Below are positions 51,901-64,000 of a DNA stretch of 64,000 bases, piece by piece. A program made the position numbers and the translations under genes. Numbering within the stretch: position 1 is the first letter of the stretch; each line of letters opens with the position of its first letter. Below the pieces are notes generated by a model. That model had not been told where the DNA came from. It ran no database searches and saw only the letters and a list, made by a program, of their open reading frames with translations. Source of the stretch: Phallusia mammillata (lineage: Eukaryota); assembly GCA_965637545.1 (NCBI GenBank), contig OZ281500.1, positions 21,886,001 through 21,950,000 of the forward strand. The letters are read 5' to 3'.

Positions 51901-54900
51901 AAGGTCAGGCTTGATTTGAGTTTAAGAGTTAAATGAATAGTAATTGTGGGTATGTAATTCCATACAACAAATTGTAGGGAGAGTCTTCTGTTGAAAGAGT
52001 TGAGCTTCTTATGAATGAGTTTAAAACACTGAAAGTCAAATGTACTCACACAAACTGCCATTACACACCAAAATGTTGGAGCCATTATTGTTTTAAAATG
52101 TCAAGTAAATTGACACGTGTCGCTCTAAAGGTTGCGGACCCCTGCCTCACTTCATTACTATTTGTATAGTGACAGACCACAACAAATACCAGCATAAGGA
52201 CGAATATAACTCCATAGCACAAACCGGAGACTCACAAATCCCCATTAAACATGATTTACCCAAACATGGCAATCTCCAACAACACAACAAAAGCTCCCTA
52301 AACACAGAATGTTGGGAACTTGGCAAGCAGAAACGCGACTTATAATTTCACGGCGTGAGTTTCATGTGACAGGCTGTGCGAAAAGATGGAAGAGGCATGT
52401 CCGTGGCAAGACAGTCGCACTTTAATCCTGTTACACACGCTGTGATGCACTGTGTCTATTAACCGTATGTCATGCATTCTTTCTCTGCGCTATGATGTGA
52501 TGATCAAATTCTGTTTATACGTGACTGTTCAGTGTTTAAAATAGCTTTCTACCTAATTGTTTTCGGGCAAGGCCCACCAAACTTCATTCTTTGAAAGTCA
52601 TAAAGATTTTTGCAAGAACCCTGGCATAAAATCAAACAATTGTAGTTTCACAAACTACCTGCATTTCTTGCAAATTTTCGTATTTAAACAAAAGTTAAAT
52701 GATTGCAAATGCATGTCAAACGCCCTTTAACAAAAAAATGAATGGTTTTTTCAAAAATGCAACCTGCCATTTGAATTTTTCCTGTGGTAATTTGTCTTTG
52801 ATGTTCTTTAATGTAAAAATATTGCTACGCAAATAGAACTCGGTTTTAACCCATAAATTCAATGAAATTTCAGTTGCGAAAACTTCCCCAAAAACCTGCA
52901 ATCCTTGCAATGGTAAGTAGTTGTTGGGAAATGCAAATGTGTTTGAACTAGAGTAACACTATCCGATTGGCGTTTCACGTGCAATTACAGCCATTAGGGG
53001 GGCGATAAATTGCCTGGGCTTTGTTCCCAATTGGCAACGCGCGTTGTTTGCCAAGCTGATTGGCATTCGAAATTGAAGGCATGCCGCCGGGCCCACAAAC
53101 GTCGCCCGCCATGCAAATAAACCTAAACTCCTCCCGCTGACATCTCGAAGGATGCACAAACACAAAAGTGGCGAGCGCGCTGCCCGAGCCCCGTTGCCCG
53201 GCAACCCCGAATCAGAAGACACCGAAGTCGTAAATCCAGCGGTCGACAACGGGAGGAGAGGTCTTAAAAGCATTGATAAGCTGGGAATGCAAATTGCCCG
53301 GCGAACCAACGCAAGTAATGACATACCGCTATACGGAGATTTATCTTTCCATCATCCACCAAAGCTTCAAGACAACATGCCAATCTTAGTAATGTTGTCC
53401 GCATTAAAAATCAGTTTTCAACCGAAAAAAATGTTACTTGGCATTGACGTATCATCTCCATTCATTTGGAAATCATGATAATGGAGTTTGATTCCCGAAA
53501 GCGGAAACCAGGCGTTTTAGCGTTGCGCCGATATTACGTGGGAGGCTTATTATCAGCTGGACATGCCAATAAGACAAATATAGCGAAGGGCGGAACGCAA
53601 TGGACGCAAAGTAGGGGTTAAGTACAAGGGGCAGAAAACGTAATGACTCTGCTCTCTCTATCTATTTGTGACTCGTGATGGAATTGAGACTGGATGACTT
53701 TTAAAGGAAAATCAAGAATTTGAATTTCTCTGTGTCCATGGAATCGCTAACGTTTTAATTTGCTCCACCGTGTTTGCAGCATACCTTTTTTATTCGATAC
53801 AACAGTTTTTTTTTATTTTACGTGTGTTGATGTAATGAATTGAAACTACTATCCATGGTTTCGACTGTCTCTCTGTTTATGAAAGAGATAAACTTTTTAA
53901 GGGTTTTCAATAGTAAACAAAACATTTATTTGTTTTCAGCAAACATAAACGGCGTTGTCCAACAAAACAACTTATTTGCTAATTGACGTGTGTTGTTGTA
54001 AATATTGCAACTCAAGTACTTCTTGTTTATTGGTAATTCAAGATGATACAACTTTGCAGCATGTTGTTCACGTATCACATGGCATTTACACTTTTGCAAA
54101 AGTCATGCCAGAAAGACACCTATCTGTTGCCAAAACAACTAACTCCTAGTCTCAAATTGCTCACACATTTGCGGTAGACAACCAACGACACGAAATGACG
54201 TCACGCGGTGACGAAACAACGCTAAGTCCTTGTTCGAAATCGAGCGAGCGCTGCTTGTAGCAATTCCAAAAGTCAAGCCGTGGCAAATTCGAGACCCACA
54301 CAGAAAAATACAAGCAACCGCAGTACAAGACAGGCGAACAGTTGTCTTAAGTTTAACATGGCCTCTTTGGCTTTAGCGAAGACAAAAAGCCTTCAACAGC
54401 ACGCAATAACATGTCAATCAAAATAGCCGGACGGCCATTTACGTCATCGCTATAGTGGCCGCATTTCAGATGAGCCACTTGATTACTCTTGACAAGCGAG
54501 AGCAATTAAAACATGCAAGCTTATATAGAAGTTTCTTGGCCAAGGACTACAAGTGCTTGTCGCAGGTGTACGCGATTATCAGCTGTTTGCAGTGCACGTT
54601 TTTTACGTTTAAGTTGACTGCAACCTACAAGTGCTATATATTGGATGTTACACAACAATATGGCTGCAAATTGGGTCTACTGGTCCAAAATTATTCGCTT
54701 CAACGCAGAGCACATTTTTTGAATCAATCTTTGATAAAACAAACTTCTAAACCACTTCGCGTAACAGTTCAAACTTCAATTAACAAACGTTCAACATATA
54801 CCAAAAAAAAATATGTCAGTTATTTCAGTTTAAGACCGGCGTTTCACGTTATAAACACTGTCATGGCAGTATTACTCCATTTAACAGTAAATATAAAAAG

Positions 54901-55386
54901 GCTGACTCAAAAAGCAAATATTTTGAAAAACGTATTTCCGCGACCAGAACACGGCACTAGTCTCTACAGCAAATACAACGGATTTGTAGATACAACCTTA
55001 TTCAAATAGAAGTTGACAGAAGATGTTTTCAATGACCAATGACAAATGGCTCACAACTAGGCACAAAATACATATCATTGTCTGCATTCTATAGGTTCAC
55101 GCTAATATGGGTTAGTTTTTTAGGTAAAGGTCGCTATTCAAATAGAACAAAAGACGAGAGAAATATATCAGACACATATATTTGCTTGTATATCTACATG
55201 ACCAATCTTAAAACAACCAGCACAATAACAATTGACTACATTCAATACAACATTTCCTATTTAAACTTTAGTCAGCGGTGATACATTCTGCAGTTGTTTA
55301 TAAAGAACCAAACAGAAGAAAACAAAACATCGACTTCACAGGTTTAGCTGCTGATCTAACGAAAATAAGTTTACAAAACCACTTAC

Positions 55387-55536
55387 ATGCAAGCTGGACC
55401 GATGCATTTCTGCTGTAAGTGACCCCTTCCGAGTTGGTGGCTACACATTGGTAAACTCCTGTGTTTAAATCTGGTCCCTTGTTGCGAATTCGTTGAAACA
55501 TTAAATCCCCGGGAGCTAGCTTGATGACGTCACGAA
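55387..55536 (-). CDS. robo: Robo-like exon: Ig1 second half (VRDVIKLAPGDLMFQRI...GVYQCVATNSEGVTYSRNASVQLA)
   Basis: gatttcag| and T|gtaagt; 150 nt, phase 1 to 1; aligns with Robo1 GSLFFLRI...GVYVCVARN..GEAVSHNASLEVA. Confidence 0.92.
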
Positions 55537-56576
55537 CTGAAATCAAACAGTGAAAATGTTGAAGTTTGGTTCGGTGATAAACTTAAATAAAGATCATCAC
55601 ACAAAAGTTGGCACAAATACAGCAAATATAAAAACCGATTTAATTATGTCAATATACATAACAATCTTGAAGAATATGGTAACAATGGGCCAGTCGACGT
55701 TGAAACCTCATGTTCTTCATGATATAATTCACCCAAATGACGTCGTCTGTTTCTTATTCAAATAGAATGATACAGTTCTTATGTTTGCAAAACCATTAAA
55801 CTGCTAAAAGATTTAAGCAACTGCTTGCAAAGAAAAACAGAACAAGGCCTATTTTTTTGGCTGCTTTGTTTAAATATATTAAATGTGGTTAAAATTTCCA
55901 GTTACAAACTAAACGATTTACTATCTTGTAACGCCTATTTTTCTGTACTGTTCAAAGTCGTAATTCATTTCTTAATAATTTTGGGGGCAAATATAAACGT
56001 TTACGACTCGGAACCGTAACTTACGTACATTAAATAATTTGTGATGTAGTGTTTAATTACGAAAATTACAGCCATTAGAACCAATACCACGGTATGAAAT
56101 TTATGACGGGAGAGCATAATAAACTTATAAGTCCGAGACGTTAGATCATAAATTATCGAAGTACGATTGTTGTCTGTTTGTTCAGATCTTGGTTTTATTC
56201 AATAAGTGGAAAATGGATTTACGCATATTGGAGGTTAAACTAACCAACACTTTGCAGTCTTATACGTAACACATAAATTAAAACTTATTTAACACTATAT
56301 TTTCGTAAAAAATCCGTAAAGTTTTCATAAATGTCATACATTTTGTTCGCAATTGCAAATTTTGAAATTGATTTTTACTTCGGTGAAATATATACAATTT
56401 TATAGTAAGAGGTTTTAATTTAAAACTGAAGGATAGTCATTTAATATTTTTTGGTTTAAATATTAATTTAGAAATCTTAGTTGGCTTTATCGTTGAATCA
56501 TAACTTGAAATACCAATCTTGTATGTTTTATATTTTCACTATTTCTTGTAAAATATGTTAACGTCTTTTATCTAAC

Positions 56577-56798
56577 CTGATGTTGTTGCCAAAGGATTTC
56601 CATCTTTCATCCAAGTGAGCGTTGGAGGTGGATTGCCGGAAGCTCTACAATATAAACGACCGTTTTCACCGGGATCAGAAGCAAGAAAACTTGTTGGATG
56701 TTCCGTAATGATCGGTTTTGATGGACCCGGCTGCTGACGAGCCAGTGGGGCAGACGGAAGGGGGGCTGGGGTCTCAGACTCTGTTAGTGGGGCAGCAA
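56577..56798 (-). CDS. robo: Robo-like exon: Pro-rich N-terminal segment plus Ig1 first half (...KPIITEHPTS...RLYCRASGNPPPTLTWMKDG...)
   Basis: tacccacag| and G|gttaga; 222 nt, phase 1 to 1; aligns with Robo1 PRIVEHPSD...TLNCKAEGRPTPTIEWYK; not in the ORF track. Confidence 0.9.
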
Positions 56799-57707
56799 CT
56801 GTGGGTAAAAAGTGGGTGAAAGTTAGTTGCGGAATTTTTTTTGGATTGTATAGCTGTTGAAAAGTATATGTAACTATTTGAATAAGAAAACTGTTGACAT
56901 TATTTGGCCGAACTGGTCTTTAACCCTAAGTTACGTTGTAGTTACAATAACTCATACTTCATGTGGGAGATATGTTAACAAGTAAACCAAATATAACATT
57001 ATAATATATTACGACTACGCCCTTTGTGAGGCGTGGCACTCGTTGGGCTTTTGGTCTTTCATGAATTGACCCCATAAAAGCCTAAAGGGGAGAAATTGCC
57101 CAATATAACCCACAGACGGCGTCGGAATTTCACATCTTTGTTGCTGACTTCATTAAAAAGTGCCAAAGGATCGCTAAAATCTGCGGTTGAAGGATTCGGA
57201 ACAAAACAAACCGCAAACGGTTTTCAGTTTCGCGTCTTAATCTCGGAGCAGCCGACAGTCGTTAGCTATGTGACTCGAACCTAACGTCTGTGTTTTTCAT
57301 GTCGAAGACCCTAAAAATGCGGTATATGGTTTCTTTTGCGCAACTAATTGGCAGCTTTTGATTTTGAAACTTACACCATGTGAACAGAGTGTGTGCTAAT
57401 GCGTTAAAGTGAAATCGCCATCTCACTTAAACTAACACGGATATGATTTTTACAGTTTGGCAGTGGACTGCAACCAACCACATGAGGCACGAAATACGAC
57501 ACTTGTTTAAAATCGGTCAAGCATCAGGCTGGTCTCACTTTGTATGTAAACTTTTGTATGTCAATACTACTTATACTACAAATTGATTGACTAATTCTGT
57601 TACTTGGAAATTATGTTTCATTCTCAGCTATTTATTATAAACAGTGATCGTCAATAAATATGCTGCCTGTTGGAGGGTTATTGCTCTGTATAATCACTCT
57701 CAGTACT

Positions 57708-57868
57708 CAGTTTTTTTTAAGGTTTGGTTTGGGTGACCGCTAAGTAGTTTTAAGAGACCGCAAGTGTTCATTTAAATACCAAAAATAGCCATATTTGCTT
57801 TTGGGAAACCGCTGGAGAAATTTGGGGGACCGTTTCGGTCCCCCAAAACACCTTAAAAAAAAACACTG
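57708..57868. mobile_element. hAT-type MITE, family 2, copy B (161 bp)
   Basis: Ends CAGTTTTTTTTAAGG / CCTTAAAAAAAAACACTG, perfect TSD TCAGTACT (57700-57707, 57869-57876), internal 12-bp hairpin. Confidence 0.9.
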
Positions 57869-60800
57869 TCAGTACTTATACCACAGTTTGTACTGTTGTA
57901 CGTCCATAGTACTGCAGTTTAGAGGGTGGCAATACAAATTTGTACATAACTTCATTACTCATGGTTCAGAAAACTTAGCAATTCGGTGTGTATTCTATTG
58001 TGATTCGATGTATATCCACATTTCCAGGTGTGTTCACTAGTCGTAGAGCAAGAGGTCTGCCAGTGACATCACATGTTGAGTTTAAGCCGGTTTTAGCGGT
58101 TCGACTTGACGTGCACAGTGTGGATTTTTTTACGGATTATCTAATCGACTTCGGCCAAACATATGTACGTTGCTCTTCACTCACACGCAACACGCAATGA
58201 TAAAGTATTAATTTTGAGTGCTCATAATCTCACGATTTGAACGTTTTTGGGTGGTGTGGTCATCAAATGTTTGTTTATTATGTTTTCCAAAAAGTTCGAT
58301 ACATAATAACAAACGCTTTGGGATTGGTAAAAAAATCTATAGGATAATGCAAATTCATTTTTCAAAGCGATTTGGTGTAGCTTAATAGAGCCAAGCGTTT
58401 TTGTTTAAATCTAAAATAGACATATTTTTTACCAATCCTTTTTAATTGCAGATACAATAGCATTTAAGGTACAAGATGTCAGTTGCTATAAATCCATGCA
58501 ACAAATGGTATATTCAGAATCCTTACTGAACTGGTGGAACTGGAAAAAGATCCTAGCAACCCGATTAACATTCCCCGGTGTGTTAATTGTCAAGTTGCAC
58601 AACAAAAGGTCGAAAGGAAGAAGCAATTCTAGAACACGTGCACGCGCGCCGAGACGTTCCGCTTCTTTGTCGCGAAAACCTTTGTGTGGCGTAACAATGC
58701 GGTTTTCGATCACTGATTGGGTTTCTCGGCTTTCTATTGCGCAGCTAATAAGTCTTCAGACACGTGTCTATTGTCAAGTGCTCGGGTAACGGTAATGGGA
58801 CGAACTATGGGTAATGAATTTATGATCGTAATTTAATGGGGGTTTCGTAAGAATTTTTGACATATTTTCGCACCAGGGTTTTATTTTAATGTGGTATCAC
58901 TTATATATTTCGCAACGTCTGAACAGAACATTGACTTTTTGTTGAAGTAGATTTAATTTTTATTTCTGCGTTTTAACATCTGTTACTTTTGGACACGAGA
59001 TAGTAAGACAAAGTGTCTAAATTTAATGGTGAAAGTAACGCCCCAAATAGACGTAAAAAGCGACATGCTTTATTTTTTCAAACGTTTCGGCAAATGCGCT
59101 CATGCCATCATCAGTGATATGAAGGCTACATCAGTTACACCCGTTTATATACACTTGAGTCACGTTAAACTTATGAGTAGATCCGTATATAGTGTTCCAA
59201 ATTGTCTAAATTTAGTTACAATGCAGTCCAAAATGAACAGAAAAACGTTAACGAAGTTTTAAATTCACAGTGCTGACTAAATTGCTGCAATGAGAAATTG
59301 ACTTCAAATTTCAAAATTTAGCTTCCTCTAACAAAAGGAAATCCTATGCTATCGCTTTCCCATAACTCCAGTACTGGTAAATCGGACAAAATTCGTCAAA
59401 CGGAACCTCGGCAGAGGAAATGGCCATAAAACCGACGCCACTTCCCATGGTCATGCTTGGGTACACGCATGTAGGCACAGGAAATGAGAGGGTCTGTTTT
59501 GTAACTTGCTGTTCCCAACTTGTACTGTGAACACGACATGCTATCCTGCCTTAATGCTGCCAAATTCACGCCGTTTGATGTTTAAGCTGCTTTAACTTTG
59601 TATGAAAGGATGTTGAAAGTGCGTGAGTTCGAAAACTTCAATGCCGCCATGTTATATACATATCCTTTTTACGTAAGTACGAATAAGGAAACCTTGTAAA
59701 TTTAGAAGATATCATGGCGCTATGCTAAATATACTCTATTTAAAACACAACTAGTTAATAAGTTAATAACTAGAACACTAACGTGACAGTTTATGACAGA
59801 TCATTTAGGGGCCCTTCGTGATTGCAAAAAAATATTTCTAACTTTTTAGGCCTAGGACTATGTACTTATTAGGAAAAATAAAAATGGTATAACAAACTTT
59901 TAATTCCACCAAGGTACTAATGCTGCATACATAGCATTGTCAAGTTGGGAAACTACTAGTAATATTTAATACTATCCGGTCTGGGTACTTTAAAAGGCGA
60001 CGTTAATTTCACATCTGCGTTCATTCAAATTCATCAACGATCACCACGACACTAAATTGGAGGGAATAACAAACAGACGTGTGGCAAAAAAACTTTGGTT
60101 GTTAATCAAACGCCGCGGAATCGAGAATCAACCGACGACAGGTGAATAGAAAATCGAATTGGACGACTGGGTCGAAACCGCGTGGGTTCCCACGCTATTG
60201 TGTCGGTCATGCTCTGCCGCGCATCAAGGTCCATTCATAAAATTAGTCCCGTTAATGAGTATTGGCGTCCGGCCCGATTAATATCAGACGAAAAAACGTC
60301 GGCGAATGAAAACATTAAAAAGTTCGTTTTTTGCAGTTACACCACATTAGTTAGTATCATTATCGAAACCAAACAAAATGCTTGAGTTATATATCGATAA
60401 TTTTAATGCAAATATTTATTTTTATTCCGTGTACATTTGGTTTAATGTCATATTACTTCATTTTTCAATTTATTATCTTGATAAGAGTACTTCATTTGCA
60501 ATGAATAAGTAGGCAGCTAGACACAACCTTCGATCCTTGAATTTGTTTGCCGGTCACATTTTGGACAAAAATCTCACTATTATCGCTTACTTATGTCAAT
60601 AAAATGCTGGAGTGGTACAGCTACATATAAAACTTTATGAGGCCTTTTTCTGGCAATAGACGGCATACGGAAAAAGCACATGCATATCACATTGCAACCC
60701 AATACATCATATTATACACACCATGTGGTATGTAATACACAAAGACAAAAAGAAATTGCAATTTTACACCGATCGATGTCTCAATAGACTGGCACGCATA

Positions 60801-63259
60801 CAGGAGGTACAACCCTTTCTGTATCGATCTGACTTGCAATTATACTGCGTGAATTCGAAATTGGTCAGCGAGTTCGTTCAATAATAATTCGTCGCTGCCC
60901 AACAGGCCAAGTTGCAGCGCTACCACCTGTTTTAACACGCAACTGGCAGGGCCTAAAGTGCCAAATGTTATATGGTGGATATTTTTGTGGAAATGTAGTG
61001 TTTAAAGAGCATTGTTTGAAAATTTTAAATTTTTTTCGGGTACAATTTTACACTGGAAAGTACAGTAACGCTCGCATCTTTAAAGTATTTTAGCGTCATG
61101 AATTTTTTTTGTTTCACAAAACCAAAACTTTCCAGAGAGTTTTATGCACAAAACAACGTCCGTATGGTTCAACGTTTAACGTAAGTATTTCTTGCGATAA
61201 ACAGTCGCTGGCTTTTTTGCAGTAGTCGTTACTCGTTAGGTTAAAGTTGGTTGAAAACTTAACATTTTTGTGAAACCCAAGTTTTGAATAAAAGACAGCG
61301 ACATACCAACTACCCCCCTCATAAATACCTTTTCTGAGCTATAAACCGAAACCAAGATGTTATTTTCAATATTTTCATGTTAGACTTTTCAACGTCTGGC
61401 TACTGTCTTCATGTCAGATGTTACAAATAGCGTATTTCGTTGTTTCCGCATCAAAATCAACCTACACGTCACTGCTTATGACGCATTATCCGCCAAAAAT
61501 TACGACAAATTGTGTCTGTGGGAATTGACGCATCTTTCGCAATGCTCCCGCTTCCACGTGCGTCACACCCCTGTTTACAGATGTTTGTGTTCGAAACACC
61601 AAAACGCGGTGATCGCATCCGACGCGCTATTGTTCCGTATTATAGCGTCACAATCGCACAATCTGTGAAACTGGGGCGAACGCCTGTTTAGGGATTTCAC
61701 TCCCATAGGCACGTTTTATTGGGGCTGCCTTGTGAGGAAATATCGGTTGATGGTTTTCCGCTAAAGCTGAGAAAAGATTTTACAAGGAAAGGCGCCTGTT
61801 TTTCGGTTTACATTTTGGGTTGCTTTTTTTCTTGGTTTTAAAAAGTTGCTTAATAAAAAATGTTTTTTGGAATCGGAAGGCTGGAATTTATAATTTCCTT
61901 CAATCTAATAGAGAGATATCCAAACTTATTTTACACGCGTATCATGCACTTAAAGTTTTGAGATATATTTTGAGTCTTTTTTTCTCAGTTTTGAAACGTT
62001 GCTGATTAAAAATTGGAACCGTAAGCCTGAAGTCTACAAATCTTTTGCACTCCAACACAATAATAACCAAACTGTTTGACTTGTGTACCACTTGGTTGTA
62101 CCACAGTTTGAGATCCACTTACAAATTCCCATCAAAAATCGTATATTTTTACTTCGCCATGAAGTAAAGTGGTTTGGCTTTGTTAACTTCTCAAACAAAA
62201 TCGCCTCGTGGGCAACATCGTCAGCAATCAAGCTTTATGAGCTAATAAACCAACTTTGGTCAACATGAGACACCAACTTTTGAGTTGATTGATGACGCTT
62301 GTGTTTCCGCTTTGCACGTGCGTGAACTATACGAGCCGTCTTATCTCGTCGGCAAACATCGAACGATAATTAAGCGATAAATACAACGCCTATTGGTAAC
62401 ACCTAAGTCAACTTAAAACGCGAAATGAATATCCCTAAGTTTTTTAAGTGAGCAAAGCGTCACAGTATATGATAAAACATTTATTACTTTGTACCACATT
62501 TTTCGCAATCATAAAGACTACAAAACATTTACCTAATACAGCGCAACTACAAGTGATCTTCGGTTTAGAAGTTTGGCGCAAGGTAAAGAAAAAACTGTTT
62601 TTGCCACATAAAAGTAATTTTGCTTTAAAAGATTTGATTCTGAGTCGACTTTATTCATTTTGTCAAATCTGTTTTTGTCCCCAATCAACCCAATCTTTCA
62701 ATATTTTAAACCCGATAGAAATTTGTAGTAATATTGTAAAATCTTAAAAACAGCAAACCCCGGATTCTTCGATGACAAAACTAATAAAATCCTTGTAGTT
62801 ATTACCAACGGTGCGATTTAACACAGCATCACAAGTTAATGTTGTTGCAAACAGTCAATAACATAGTTGACATTGGAGCAAACAGTCCAATCGTGACAGT
62901 TTGACACAAAGCAAACCCACAGCCCCACCAGCAACGCTGAGAAGTCAAAGAAAGTGTAAGTCTTGCGGGTCAAGCGATATGAAATCAAGCGCACAAGATT
63001 GTCGATGGTACTTGACTATAGTTCGCCGGACGAAACGAACAAATAATATCGGGTACCGAGTGCACACATAAGACGATACGTTTAAGTTGGAGGGAATGAA
63101 AAATCTGCTGATATCTGCTTGTTGTGTTTGCGAAACTCTTTCGGTTAATGAAGGACGGTTTATTAGATAATAAATCGTCGGAGGAACGATGTACTGTGTT
63201 GCGTTTGATAATAAGGCTTAATATTGTGATAATTTAAAACTGTTCCGGTTTTATTAGAA

Positions 63260-63350
63260 CAGCGGTTCTCAAACTGGGGTCCCCGGTCCTTTCAGAGTCT
63301 ATAAAGCAATTTTTGCTGGGACCGCGAAAAGTTTGAAGTACTTCTATAAT
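63260..63350 (+). mobile_element. Charlie-like hAT fragment
   Basis: cagcggttctcaaactggggtcc terminus; aligns with the 16.8-kb fragment (gggaccgcg...aagta.ttcta.aatcttat). Confidence 0.7.
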
Positions 63351-64000
63351 CTTATTTGACATCAGTTTGTGCAACTAAATGAATGTAAATTAACGTACGT
63401 ATATTTGAGGGTCGACTGTCTTCATTGTTAAACAATAGCCTTTATTTTGTGCAACTAACATATCCCCATGTATCCCTAGTTTTACAACATTCCTAAGCTA
63501 TTTCGGTCGACTAAAGTCGACTTCAACATTTGCTGCAAAGGTAACGATCCATTCGCCGTACGTAGGCTATTAGTTTTACAAAAGCGTGCCCTGGCTTTAA
63601 TTTCATGCTTGCAGCTTATGACATAAAAGATGGAATAGGAAATCGATTTTCTATACAATATGCATAATACCGATATGACGGGAACATTGCAAAGATGTAA
63701 CGCCGCACATGGAGGTAGTGAAGGGCCGTTGAATAATTCATGTGAAGAGACTGAATACGGACAGACGCAACCGTTAATCCTGCAATTGCTTTGCAGTGCA
63801 TTCGACGTTTCATTACTCAGCTTGTCTTCGAATGTCACCGCGTCCCGAAGGCTAGACTCGCCATCAAAAATCGATTAGAACGGAACAGTAGGCCCGACAT
63901 ATTAGATAGTCCTGTTTGCAAATTCAAATCATCGATAAGAAATGCTCCTACCAGAATTTAAACCAAGTGCTGTTCGCCCTTTGCGACAACACGAATCATA

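Noticed and set aside
54455-55009. 184-aa ORF and other 60-135-aa intronic ORFs (e.g. 53152-53478, 44340-44784, 37244-37615, 63482-63838)
   Set aside because: Mostly non-ATG starts, no recognisable motifs, no supporting splice-phase chain; expected by chance

Overview
AT-rich animal genomic DNA, probably from an invertebrate chordate such as an ascidian (inference; the species cannot be fixed from the sequence). Two features dominate. (1) A Roundabout (Robo)-type receptor gene on the minus strand. I reconstructed 13 GT-AG exons in continuous reading phase (449-56798, 2071 coding nt) encoding Ig1-Ig5, FN3-1 and the first half of FN3-2. Several of these exons are absent from the ORF track. The signal-peptide exon was not found and the 3' exons lie left of the window. 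(2) An intact, very young BEL/Pao LTR retrotransposon (26109-33666) inserted antisense in the 38-kb Ig1/Ig2 intron. It has identical 727-bp LTRs, a GTTGT target-site duplication and one 1913-aa gag-pro-RT-RNaseH-IN ORF. Also present: an intronic tRNA-Ser(AGA), several hAT-type MITEs with 8-bp TSDs, and tRNA-derived SINE-like remnants. Most unusual observations: the retrotransposon has no tRNA primer-binding site next to its 5' LTR and carries an array of hairpin-forming repeats there instead; the Robo Ig1 is substituted at Slit-contact positions; and TGACGTCA palindromes are strongly over-represented.
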